From positions 114,888,001 through 114,952,000 of the forward strand of contig NC_087436.1 of the NCBI RefSeq assembly GCF_036321535.1: a stretch of DNA of 64,000 bases. The letters are read 5' to 3'. Positions 25,581 through 37,959 of the stretch are shown here, piece after piece (the stretch's first letter is position 1; each line of letters begins with the position of its first letter). A model generated the notes under the pieces. The model had not been told where the DNA came from. It saw only the letters and a list, made by a program, of their open reading frames with translations, and ran no database searches. Made by a program: the position numbers and the translations under genes. The DNA comes from Camelus dromedarius (Eukaryota).

Positions 25581-26689
25581 AGGCCAAGCACCCTGAAGGC
25601 CAAGTCCCTGCCCTTCCTCCTAGTGCACTTCCTCCAACAGACGTGGGACTGCCTTCCAATTAGATCTGTATGCATGTACTCACTCATTCATCCGCGTATT
25701 TATTCAATGAGGATGTACTTAATGATGACTGTGAGTCAGATGTAGTGATAAAGTCAGTTCATAGACACTTTAAACTGATAGTAAAGATACACTTTTTTTT
25801 CCCTTGCCAAACAACTTGTTATAAAGAGTCATTTGCTTATTTTTGTCTTTGAATCTCAAGGATGGTTATTTGGATTTAGGCCTTAGCTCACTCATGATTT
25901 AAAAATGCCTGATGTTTTTTAAGGGAAGTATAGTGAAATTGCCTATATTGTATTTGTTTTTGTTTCAAACTTTTTTGAAATACTTGCAATTTTCTACTGT
26001 CATTAGAACCAATTATAGAAAATAAGGCTCACAATGTGATACATACGCATTTATTTGCACAATGGAAATTTTGGAATGCGTTGTGTGAGTCACCATGATA
26101 AGGTTCAGGAACACCATGGAGAGAGAAAGTAAAGCCAATCCGGATCCACCTGGTCCTTACAGCATGGATTTGGTGGGGAGGAGATTAACTATTTAGATAA
26201 TCACACAAGTAAATGGAACATTTCCTTCAAGTTTTGGTCTGACAAGGGAGGGAGAGAGAGAGGGCACATTGTCTATGACCAACTTCCTGCTCCCAGTTCA
26301 CCAGATGAATCAGAAAGGGAAGACCATGTAAGCATTTAGGAAATACTCTGTGCTGACACGTGTTTGTCACCATGGGCATTCCAGAGTCATGAGGCATTTG
26401 AGGTGACAGATACTAAATGTAGGTGTGGGTCAGTGCTGCCTTAATAAGAACATGTGCCCATTCTCCTAAATGTTTCCTTTCCCCTTCATTTTGGTGACCA
26501 ATAATACTACTATAAATGTTTTTTTTTTTTTTTTGAAGTTCAGAGGGTATTAATATGTTGGATCACTATGTAAATTTAAAGAAGTCAGAAGCAGCATTTA
26601 TTACCTGGGTAAAACAAACAACAAACAACAAACAAACAGACAAATGAACAAAAACCTGTAGTGCATTCCCTAAGCAGAATTCACTTTGC

Positions 26690-27330
26690 TCTGGGATTCT
26701 GAAAGGTACAAGCTGCTATAAGAACTGATGATGAGGGATTTGGCCTGGTCATGGAGGTGAGAGGTATTTCCTCTGACTTAAGAGATGACTGATCTGGGAA
26801 GCTGGAGTTAACATCTTTTGCAAAGGTCCTGTTGTGACTAAGGCAGGTGCTCTTGAGCATGAAAAAGAGGGTGATATGAGATGAAGCCCACAGCACTGTA
26901 GGACTTTTGCTTTATTCAAAGAATTATGGGAAAAGGTTGGAGGATTTTAGCTATAGGAGCGGACTATAGGTGAACAACAGTGAATGCAGGTAGATAGATC
27001 AGTTGGGAACTTTTTGTAGCCCACGCTTGAGGGGGGTAAATAAGAAGAAAAGTGGACAGAGTAAAGAACTATTTAGGAGTGACTATAATAGGGGCAAGTA
27101 ATAGTGGGATTTGAAGGGTGATGGAAAGGAAGAGACCTCAGATAAATCCTAAGTTTCTGGCTTGCATAGTTAAGTCAGTCAGTGTGTTACTCACTGCAGT
27201 AATGAACTCTGAGAAAAGACCAGGTTTGGGGCAAAGAGTTTGAGTCTGGCTTTGGACATACTGAGTTGTAGTAGTTTTGAGGTATCTAAGAGATGATAGT
27301 AATTGGGCAGTTAGATACGGGGGACTCTAG
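26690..27330 (-). mobile_element. LINE-2 relic
   Basis: Purine-rich antisense L2 text: taagtttctggcttgcatagt…gagtttgagtctggctttggacatactgagttg…gggcagttagatac. Confidence 0.7.
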
Positions 27331-27944
27331 ATGTAGGTTGGCTGTCTTCCAAAAATGGGCCCCTGAGATTTACATCTTACATCATTTGCCCAGCAGAGAG
27401 CTATTCTTGATGTTTCTGGTCCTAAGACCGAAAGTCCTAGGGAAATTTTTCGTCCTGGTTTCTATCAGTCAGGAGTCTTAACTTGGTTAAAAAAAAATAA
27501 CTGTAGCAGGAAGTATCTTGTAGCTTTCATGAGAGTGATATGACTTTTGGAAAGGGGTGGGGAAGGAGGGGGACAGATAAAAACATAAAATTTTACTCTA
27601 ATAATGCTGGGCTAATTAAATGTGTGAGACTAACCTTGTGATAAGTCTACATTCCCAGTATTTTCGGTATTCCTGGGAGCTCTTGGATGTGGGGAATGGG
27701 AGAACAGAGGGCTAAAGGCAATAAAGGCAGCCTAGGGAAATAACAAAGGAATGCCCTGCTATGGGTATTATATTACATGGTATTATTATCATGTATTTCT
27801 GTGCCTGTCTGCTTTAACAGATTGCAGAATTCCTGAGGGCTGGGATCGTTTCTTATTTATCCCTGTGTTTCCAGTGACCTGAAAAATACCTGCTCAAAAA
27901 TTCTTGATGAGTTAGTTTCTGAATAAATACATTAAGAAAAGCAT

Positions 27945-28204
27945 GTACTCTGGTTACCAAAGGGGAAAGGGCGGGAGTGGGGCATGGAATTAGAATTATG
28001 GGATTTATAGATATAAACTATTAGACATAAAATAGATAAGCAACAAGGACTTACTGTATAGCACAGGGAACTATATTCAACATCTTGTAATAATCCATAA
28101 TGGGAAATAATCTGAAAAAAATATATGTACATATAACTGAATCACTCTGCTGTACACCTGAAACTAACACAATATTATAAATTAACTATACTTCAATTAA
28201 AAAA
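27945..28204 (+). mobile_element. 5'-truncated L1 3' UTR (cetartiodactyl type)
   Basis: tggttaccaaaggggaaaggg…actgtatagcacagggaactatattcaa…gctgtacacctgaaactaacacaa…polyA. TSD AAGAAAAGCAT at 27934-27944 and 28205-28215. Confidence 0.9.
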
Positions 28205-28245
28205 AAGAAAAGCATACGTAAAAGATTGAGGGTAATATGACTTTG

Positions 28246-28981
28246 GTTTTTTTGTTTGTTTGTTTGTTTTTTAATTTTATTTTATTGAGTTATAGTCAGT
28301 TTACATTGTTGTGTCAATTTCCATTGTAGAGCACAATTTTTCAGTTATATGTGAACATACATATATTCATTGTTGCATTCTTTTTCGCTGTGAGCTACCA
28401 CAAGATCTTGTATATATTCCCCTGTGCTATACAGTACAATCTTGTTTATCTATTCTATATATACCTGTCAGTACCTACAAATTTCAAATTCCCAGTCTGT
28501 CCCTTCCCACCCTCTGCCCCCAGCAACTACACGTTTGTATTCTGTGACTATGAGTCTGTTTCTGTTTTGTATTTATGTTCATTTGTCTTTTTCTTTTCTT
28601 TTCTTTCCTTCCTTCCTTCCTTCCTTCCTTCCTTCCTTTCTTTCTTTCTTTCTTTCTTTTTTTTTTTTTTTTTTAGATTCCACATATGAGCGATCTCATA
28701 TGGTATTTTTCTTTCTCTTTCTGGCTTACTTCACTTAGAATGACATTCTCCAGGGACACCCATGTTGCTGCAAATGGTGTTATGTTGTCATTATTATGGC
28801 TGAATAGTATTCCGTTGTATAAATATAGCACATCTTTATCCAGTCATCTGTCGATGGACATTTAAGCTGTTTCCATGTCTTGGCTATTGTAAATAGTGCT
28901 GCTATGAACATTGGGGTGCAGGTATCTTTTTGAAGTAGGGTTCCTTCTGGATATATGCCCAGGAGTGGGATTAATGGGTCA
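28246..28981 (-). mobile_element. 5'-truncated young lineage-specific L1 with perfect 18-bp TSD
   Basis: Antisense ORF2 end and 3' UTR with a (TTTG)n/T tail. TSD GAGGGTAATATGACTTTG at 28228-28245 and 28982-28999. Confidence 0.93.
28586..28674 (+). repeat. Compound pyrimidine microsatellite (CTTTT)/(CCTT)n/(CTTT)n/Tn inside the L1
   Basis: 89 consecutive pyrimidines read directly. Confidence 0.95.
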
Positions 28982-29204
28982 GAGGGTAATATGACTTTGA
29001 ATTAGCTCCTTAAGCCTTCTAGACTTGGGGTTTAAATCTGTATAATGGATTTACTGATCTGTTCTGTATGTTATAGGTCTAAAATTCTATTGTTCTATTA
29101 AAACATTTTATCGAATATTTAACTTTTGATTATCTGTACAGATATTTTCAGATAGTTGATAATCTCAAATTCTATGTTGGTTTTCTCCTCTTATACCTAT
29201 TGCT

Positions 29205-29440
29205 ACCTGAGGTAGTAGGGAAAGCACATGGGCTTTGCATCAAATGCATATGAGTTCAAATTATAGCTTTTCCACTGGCTAGCTCTCTGCCTTTGGGTAA
29301 TTTATTTAATTTATTAATGTTATTTTTTTTAATTTAAGTAATAATGATAATATCGAAGTTGCAGAACTTTTGTGATGCTTGGAAAGAAAGGATTTATGGA
29401 CATTAAAGCACAGGAGGCCCCCATACATGGTAGTTATTCT
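29205..29440 (+). mobile_element. MIR SINE relic
   Basis: gggaaagcacatgggctttgcatcaaatgcatatgagttcaaattatagcttttccactggctagct. Confidence 0.65.
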
Positions 29441-29726
29441 TTTTCTCACCTTTATGCCTTGGTATCAGTGGGGAGTGGGTTTGAGTTGCAGTAATAAGAA
29501 TATACTTGTTAGTTTTTGTTAAGCTGATCACACTTCACCCTTTTACCTGCTCTATGTGGTTTTGAATAGCGTAATTCAGTTGGTTTTAATCATTGTTTCC
29601 ACAGAACATCAGTATTCCACAGCTACATTGATAATGTCAAATAATATTGATCTTTCCCCAATTATCAGGAAAAGAAATGAGACGTTTTAAAAATTTCAAG
29701 TCTTTACTTAATATATGTTTCTTAAA

Positions 29727-29998
29727 CTCATAGGCATAGAATACAAATTTGTGGTTGCCAAGGGGGCAGGGGGTGGGAAGGGACAGATTGGTATTTCAAA
29801 ATGTAGAACAGATAAACAAGATTATACTGTATAGCACAGGGAAATATATACAAGATCTTATGGTAGCTCACAGAGAAAAAAATGTGACAATGAATATGTG
29901 TGTGTTTATATATAACTGAAAAATTGTGCTCTACACTGGAATTTGACACAACATTGTAAAATGATTATAACTCAATAAAAACTGTTAAATATATATAT
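29727..29998 (+). mobile_element. 5'-truncated young L1 3' UTR, same subfamily as 28246-28981, tail converted to (AT)n
   Basis: gtggttgccaagggggcagggggtggg…tatagcacagggaaatatatacaagatctt…AATAAA. TSD ATATATGTTTCTTAAA (29711-29726) / ATATGTGTTTCTTAAA (29999-30014). Confidence 0.9.
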
Positions 29999-30809
29999 AT
30001 ATGTGTTTCTTAAAAATATTTGGGACTTCTGCTTGTTAGTGCAACCCATCAAGGGTAACTAAAAAGTCTTTTCCATGGATTTCTGTTTCGTTCAGAAAGA
30101 CTCTTCCGAGAGCGCCTAGCGCACAGCAGCACGGCATCCTTCCTTGCCGGATCTCACAGCGAGACGTGTAGAGCAGTAGCAAGTAGTTAAGTGTTTTGAA
30201 GTTACGAGGGACTCTCGCATTGAGTTTTGAAGGAAAAACCTAAGTTAGACGGATGCAGAGGTGGGTTCAGGGCCTCCCAGGAAAAGTGCCAAGCAAGAAC
30301 AGACAGGGAGGGTGGATCACTCACCCACCGCGGTAGCTTTGGGTTATAAGCATGCAGTCATTTGTTGCCAGTAAAATTATAGTATTACTGATGCTCAGAA
30401 CAGATTAGGTAGACAATGGCATGTCTAACGGAACACCAGGAGACAAAGTGAGAACCACAGGTTAAATCCTGTCACTCCTGGGGGAGCTTATGAAAATCTC
30501 ATCTGTAATGTGCCTAATACTCTGATGTCTCCTTCCAAAGCTGCTCTCGCCTACAGTATCCGAGGGCCGCTTTGATGCAAGATGATGTAATCTTGATGTA
30601 TTATCCTTGGCTATCTGTGTGCCTTTTGTTACAGTGAATATTCGTAAGTTAATACAAAGATTTCTGCGATGTTCACTTTCTTTCAGTAAGTCAAAATGAG
30701 ATAAAACATATGGAAACTCATGATAATGGCAGAGTGCCAAAATCGAGTTGAAAACACAAACAAAGGGAAGCTAGACTAGAATACATTCCAGGAAACGACA
30801 GAAACATGA

Positions 30810-31025
30810 ACTTATAATGAAAATACTTACTGGTAGGTGTGCCCAGTTTTGTATCATTTGATTCTCACCTGAACTCCATGCGGTGAGGGCCAGGATGCTT
30901 CTCCTCTTACAAATGAGAAACCGAAGCACAGAGAGATTACGTGACTTTCCCTAGATGGCACAGCTGGTAGGTGCTGTGGTTTGGATTTGAACCCAGGCAG
31001 TCAGGTTCCAGAGCCAATGCTCTTG
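30810..31025 (-). mobile_element. MIR SINE
   Basis: ttacaaatgagaaaccgaagcacagagagattacgtgactttccc…ggatttgaacccaggcagtcaggttccagagcc. Confidence 0.8.
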
Positions 31026-31289
31026 ATCTCTGTTTGTGGCCAGTCGCGTTTTGTTTGAGAGTGACACCACCTTCCACTTTTGCAACACATGTTTTCATGA
31101 ACTTGTTAATTCACTTGATCATGGGCTCAGCTTTCTCCAGGCCCTGTGGAAGTTTTAGTCACTGAGCCATGTGCTGGAGTGGCAGTCAAGGTCACTGCAT
31201 GCTCTCTACTATCGAGGAGCTCATTCTAGTTGGGGATAGTTCACAGGACATTTTTTACTTCACATTTTTTACTTATGCTGTGTTGCTTG

Positions 31290-31600
31290 AGCTGCACAGA
31301 TGATCAGAAGGATGGTACCTATTTCCATGTTGCAGAGGAAGAAACTGAGGCTGAGAAAGGCCACGTGAATTCCTTAGAACAGTTTCCAACCGTTAGTTAG
31401 TGTCAGGGTTTGGAGTCAAACCCAGGTTTTCTAACCTGCCACTAACGTTCTTGGACATCTCTGACGTATAAACTGGTTGTGTGACTCACCTTTGGATAGC
31501 TGGGTGATCTTGAATGAGTCACTTAAATTTTGCGATCTCAGTTTTCCCGTCTATACAAATGAGAGGCTCACGGCTTGATTTAAGCTCCATTTCTATTCTG
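31290..31600. mobile_element. Two MIR relics (antisense ~31290-31450, sense ~31480-31600)
   Basis: gcagaggaagaaactgaggctgaga…; gggtgatcttgaatgagtcacttaaattttgcgatctcagttttcccgtctatacaaatg. Confidence 0.65.
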
Positions 31601-32193
31601 ATATATTTAATTGCAGTCAAAAACTACTACTAATTATTCAAGATGGGGATATCGGTGAATTAATATGTGATTTTTTTATTAGCTTGTCAGTCAGTGCACT
31701 TCAGTTAAAGTCAATAAAGCACCTACACTGAGAACTAAGAAGAGGTGATCAGTTATGGTTACAAGGATCTCAGAGTGTCCTGGGACTGAGAGATACAAAA
31801 TAACTAACTAACTGCACCTGGGGTCCCAGTGTGAGTCTTTGTGTTGAGTATTTCTAGAGACCAAATCCTGATGTGAGACTAGTGAACTGCTGAGTGGACT
31901 GGCCAGGAGGGATGTAGGTATCTTTTAAGGCAGGAAATGTTCTTCCCAAAGAAAACTTTGGCTTGATTATCAGTGTCTAAGAAAGTTCTGTCAGTCAGTT
32001 TGCCCATGGCCTCTGTCTGAGTCTTAGGAAATGGGAACCGCTAGTAAAAAGTTAAAAGAACATTTTACCTTTCTGTAATGAAAACTCTTAAGACATGGAG
32101 GAACAAAGCAAATCTGCTATAGAACCCACTGTTAGAAGGCAACATAGATGGGAGGAATGTTCTGTGTTGCTCACATTGGCACAGAAGATATTT

Positions 32194-32631
32194 TAGTAGG
32201 TCTAAAAATGGTTTCCAGAAAGATACATCTGAGTCCCAATTCCTGGAACCTGTGACTGTTACCTTATTTAGAAACAGGGTTTTTGCAGATGTAGCTAAAT
32301 TAAAGATCTTGAGAGGAAGAGAGCATCCTGGCTTATCTGGATAGGTCCTCAATCCAAGGGCGGGTGTCCTTAACAGATGCACAAAGGAGAAGACACATAC
32401 AGAGGAGGAGGTGATGTGAAGGTGAAGCAGAGACCAAGGCAAAGAAGCCAAGGAAGTCAGGACTACCGGAAGCTGGAAGAAGCAGAGAAGGATTCAACTC
32501 TAGAGACACCAGAGCCTGCTGCCACCTTCGTTCTAACTTCTACCCTCCAAAACTGTGAGAGAATACATTTCTGCTCTTTTAAGCCACCATGTTCATGGTA
32601 ATTTCTTACAGCAGCTACAGGAAACCAATGT
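32194..32631 (+). mobile_element. MaLR solo LTR MLT1C/D-like
   Basis: cctggaacctgtgactgttaccttatttagaaacagggtttttgcagatgta…aactgtgagagaatacatttctgctcttttaagccacc…acagcagctacaggaaaccaat. Confidence 0.85.
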
Positions 32632-33809
32632 GGACACCGGCGCCTCAGGAGAACGTGCCCAGCAGACATGGTGGGACCAAACAGGAGTGAAAGTGGTGCG
32701 CACTCAAGGAAGCTGTGGTCACCACAATGATGCCTTGTGTGGTGAATTTCCCATGGTACCTATAAATAGGAAACAGTCCTTGAAATGCAAACACAACTTA
32801 ATGGGAAGGTGTACTTTTTAAGGGAAGACTGAATGTGACCCCAGTTATATTCAGGGACTGCTAAAGGCTGGCAAACCATGGATAACCTCTCTAGAACACA
32901 AAGCCAGGTGAACTCGGAACTATGATATAATAGACAGGTACAGATAATTAACACAAAAGGCAAAAGCCCCCACATACTTGATATTAATGCTCTAACATTT
33001 AACCTCTTACTGGTGCAAAATTCTGTGAACTGGTTCTACTCCATCTTGTCTTGTGTCATCTGGTGCCTGTTTTCCAGGGTCTCTGTAGCTGGAGAGGAGA
33101 GAGATGGAGGAGACACCCTTAGCCTCAGCTTCCTTTAATGGAAAGGAATACACATCACTTCTGGTTATGGTCCATTGACCAGAACTAGTCAAATGATCTC
33201 AAAGTAAAATTAACTACAAAGGAGGCTGGAATATATACCTGGTTGGAGATATCATGTATATTTGGTAGCATTAGTGGTCTTTGCCACATACAGGATTGAG
33301 TTGTTAATCTTGATTAATCTAATTTTCTGCTATAAGATCTGGACTATTGTTGGGCACACAGTAACCTTAATTAGCAATTACGTCTTGACTTAAGTGGTTC
33401 AAATGTAAACTATTTTTTTTTTTGATTTTTAGGTTTAACTCATGGTCTCTCTGATTTCCATAGGATAAAATTCTGATAGGAAGTGTTTAATTTTCTTACA
33501 TTCTATTATAATTAAGCACAAAAAATAACTTTTTCTGATAAATAAAATGAGAAGAATTGCAGTAGTCTTACTTAATTTTAGAAATTACTAGAGTTTGTAG
33601 TTAGGGTGTCATTTAGGCAGTATTGATTACCTGTTATGAATGAGGCAATTTTCAAAGAAGGTGTTATTAGGGATTTCAGGAATAACGTTGCTAGAAAAAA
33701 TACAGCTTGTTCCTCAGCTGCAGCACGTTCCACACAGCAGGCTTAGAGTTGGTCCAGTGGACACAGAGAAATGCGGGTTATTTTGTCTACCCAAAAGAGG
33801 AGGAAGAAA

Positions 33810-34040
33810 CGTCCATTTGTGTGCCACTGACTGTGTGACAGAACTGTTGCTAGGTACTTTGTGTCTGTCTCATTTCATGATCACACCAACCCCATTTGGT
33901 AGGCATCATCCTCCTCAAGTTACAGCTGAACAGACCGAGGCATAGAGGTTTTAAAAGACCAAGGTCACACTGCTAGTAAGTAGAAGAATAAGCCATAGAA
34001 CTGGGTCCCTCTATATCTGATTTTCTCATTCTTTCCTCCT
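33810..34040 (-). mobile_element. MIR SINE relic
   Basis: ttacagctgaacagaccgaggcatagaggtt…ccaaggtcacactgctagtaagtagaaga. Confidence 0.7.
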
Positions 34041-36337
34041 AGAGCACCGTGTCTCTATTGCTAGAAAACCAACCTGTTGTACTTCTTTGGTGGCGGGTGC
34101 TGTTGGGAGAGTGGGTGCTATTGTTTCAGCACTGTGTGACTGCAAAAATGGAACTCAGAGCATGAGCTACAGAAAAATCTGTCCCCCTTTGGAGGGTCTT
34201 TTACAAATAAGCTATTTGTTTTTGTCAAGGACAGGTTTTGGTTTCATGGGATACGACTTTGTTTTCAACGACTCATTAAAGAAAGATGACTTACTGCCCT
34301 GTTTTCTAAATCTAGTCACAGACCACAATCACTTGCAGGAAATGGAATGTTTACTTGAGTTTATTATACAAGGCTCTGGATATGAGCTGTGGGATTTTTA
34401 CACCTCATAGCAACGGTATTACAATTTATTTACAACTTCATGTTGGCAGCTGCACAAACTCTTATGAAAAAGGACAATCACACCTTGGGGACCAGTAATT
34501 ATAGGCAAAGGTATAAATTGGGCAAAGCAGTGTAAGCATTTGGCACTTAAGTTGAAGAGAATAGAAATGGCTCTGGCAATCGCACAGAAAGCCAGTCCCT
34601 TGTTCATTATGAGGCCATGAACTAATTAAACTGAACTTGTCAGAATAGACGGATGAATAGATTGGACTGGATTTTGGCACTGACGGGTCCCACACTCATG
34701 AAAACCAAGTTGTTTTAGTGATGTCATCATTTGGAACTTCTAACTATGATATCACTTTTGACAGAATTAATGTGGAATTAATACCATATGTACAAGCATT
34801 AATAGGTATTGACTTTGAACACTCAGTGATCATTTGAGGTTAGTTTCCAAAGGAAAACTATGAGATGTGTCTTCCTAGCATCTCCAGTTATCAAATATCA
34901 AACCCACATTAGACATGATTTTGACACGTTTGTTAGAATTCCTCTGGGACAAATTCACATAGGTGTTTCTAGAAAATATTTGCATAGGAACATGGTGAAA
35001 CATGTTTCATTTGCAGTCATATTGAATTAGGGGATGAGAGGATTTAAAATTAAATTCACAGTTAACTTAAACTGCCCAGAGGGGTTTTTTTTTAATGAAA
35101 TGTTCAGATTTTAGTTAAAAACTAAGACTTAAGATGCTCTTATTAATTGAAGTAGTGGTTATGGCTTCTAATTTTCCAAAGTAAATGGGCTCTTTTTATC
35201 TTTTTATCACCAAAGTAGTTACTGTCTAGGTAAAACTTATCTTTTTTAATGTTCATCATGAAAGGCTTTTTAGAATCTTGGGGTGGGATGAGGTGTGGTA
35301 GTTTTCATTTATTAAGCAAACATGTACTTAATGCCCTCTATATTCTGGGTATTTCTTAATATTTCTTCAGATACCTTATAATTAATTGCTTGCCTATGCA
35401 TAGAAATGAAAATGTAGAAAACGTTACTGCATTCATGCAGCACAACTACCTGGGTAGATAGGAGTTAACAGATAAGCAAACAAAGTCAGAGTGAGCTCAA
35501 GATACAACCCTGAATAAGGGTGAAGCTGGGATTAAGCCTGGTGTTCTGCAGAGTGCAATGCAATTTATTTAGCAAGATTCTGTGTAGGACACTTTTTATA
35601 GTTTATCTCATTAATCCTCACAACAGTCTATGTTACAGTCAAAGAGATTGAAGGCCTTGCTGAATATAACTGAGAATTGAACTCACATCTGTCCAACACC
35701 AAAGACCATGCTTTTCCTAATAGGTTGCCCTGGCTGCTCAGTACTCTTCTTGCCTACCAGGTAAGAAGTAAATATACCAGATGCAGAAGAAGCAAGTAAT
35801 GCTTGTCTTCATGGTAGGAAGATGATACGGTGGATTAGGAACCCTTGGTTCCAATGCTGGCTTCTCTGCATGCTCATTGTCTCACTTTGGCAAATCCCAC
35901 AGCCTCTTTCTTTGTGTTCCTCCTCTGGGATGCCAACATCTCCGCACAGGTGTTCTATGGAAAGCTAAGCCAACCCCAGTAAGTGCTACAGAGCACTGTT
36001 TAAATGTTTGTTCTTATTATTGAAATGTGATGTTTCTCACTGTAGGAGGTCAGTAGTCTTTATGGGTGTGAGTGAGTATTCTACTAAACACACTTGGTTT
36101 CTGAGCAACTTTTGCTGTCCAGTGCAACATTACAACAAGATTTATTACAACAAATCTTCATAAAGATTAGAAGGGAAGTGGAAAATGGAGCCCACTGTGC
36201 CCAGCCGCATGGACTTTTGAATAAGGCTATTTGCCAACTCTGTCAGTCCACTCACTGTGGTTCCTTGGGAAAGACAAACAGATATTTTAAGCATAAATTT
36301 TCAAAAAGTGGGAAGAATAATACCTCCCTCTGGGGAT

Positions 36338-36786
36338 TGTTGTTACGCAGCTAGGGCTGCCATAACAAAGTACCGTAAGCTGGGTGGGTTAGACAACAGA
36401 AATTTATTGTCTCATAGTTCTGGAAGCTGGAAGTCCAAGATCAAGGTGTTGGCTGAGTTGCTTTCTTCTGACAGCTGTGAGGAAAAATCTGTTCCATTCC
36501 TTTCTTCTAGCTTCTGGTGATTTGCTGGCAATTTTTGGTATTCTTTGGCTTGTAGAATCATCACCCTAATCTCTGCCTTCATCTTCACGTGATACGTTCC
36601 TTGTGTGCATGTCTTTGTCCAAATTTCCTTTTATTTTTGAAAGGACATAAGTCACATGGGTTAGGGCCCACTCTGTGACATCATCTTAAGTAATTATATC
36701 AGCAAAGACTCCACACCCAAATAAGATCACTGAGGGCTAGGACTTCAACATATGAATTTGGGGTGGGGGGTATAATTCAACACATG
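36338..36786 (-). mobile_element. MaLR solo LTR MLT1B/C-like
   Basis: ctagggctgccataacaaagtaccgtaagctgggtgggttagacaacagaaatttattgtctcatagttctggaagctggaagtccaagatcaaggtg…gacttcaacatatgaatttgggg. Confidence 0.85.
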
Positions 36787-37959
36787 TTGTTTGTTGTATG
36801 CATAAAAAATGAGATAACACACATAAAATGCCTAGTACATTTGATTCATGGCTGGTGCTTTGTGCTTCTAGGACTTCACTCCTATTGGTTAATGATACTT
36901 TGGAGTTAGGGGGAGAATATAAAGTGTGAAATTGATCTCTTTATGGCTCTGTATGGAAACTTTATCACGAGGACTGGAAGTGGTGTTTGTAGTCATTAAT
37001 TACTGTTTTCTCACAGTTCTCTTGGACTCTTTCCTTAGTGTGTGAGCTTTTGAGGGAAGTCCAGCCCTTCACACAGACCAGTATGTCCTGCCCAGCCACC
37101 TGCTTTGGATTCAAGTCTTTTCTTCCAGACAACTCCCAGAGGTTTTGTAACAGATGTGTAAAATATTCCAGGCTACCTTTTCATCATTTATATTAAAAAT
37201 TTTTTGAAAAAACTTAGATGAAAAGATTTCCCCAATGCATTTTATACAAGGAGCATATTAGTGTTTCATTAGAAAGAGCAGGCTAAATTTTACAAGGGAA
37301 TTACTAAATAGATTTAAGTGATAATAACAAAAAGTAACCATTTATTGGATACTAATCTCATCTAGGCATGCCGATAATACTAAGCTACTCACACAACTAC
37401 CCTGAAAGGTAGATATTATCACTTCTATTCTATAGATAAATAAACTGAGATTTAGATTAAATATGCTATTGAAGGTCAATAGCTGGCAGCTCGTCGAAGT
37501 GGACCTGACGGTCAGGTGTGTGTGCTCGGTCTACACTCATTCCAATCCAGCAGAGCAAAGGATGGTGTAAGTGTTTTCTGGGTGGAAGAAGAAATCCTTG
37601 TTTTCTGGGAACTGCACCTTTTCCTGCCACTGTCATCTAATGTCTCTGAGTCTCCAATATCTCATCAGAAAAAGGGAGACAATTAATGCCATTTGCATGT
37701 TTGTTTGTTTGTTTGTTTGTTTGATAAGGGTGGGTGTGAAAACCTATGATACAGGACTTAGCTCATGCTGGAGGCTCAAACATTTGTTGAAGAAATAAAA
37801 CAATCCACAAGTGAATGAATGAGAGAGTAAGAAAATGCATAGGAAGTCTGTTGAGGACTAAAAATGAGTTTATAAGCAAATATCAGAGAATGTGATCGAG
37901 CATAGAATTAACTTATACTTTTGAAGAGATTTGAAAGGCAGAACCTACTTCAGAAGAAA

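Noticed and set aside
30946..30965. CTCF-like motifs (also near 6074-6088 and 18746-18761)
   Set aside because: Each has mismatches at core positions, and two lie in old repeats; not supportable by eye.
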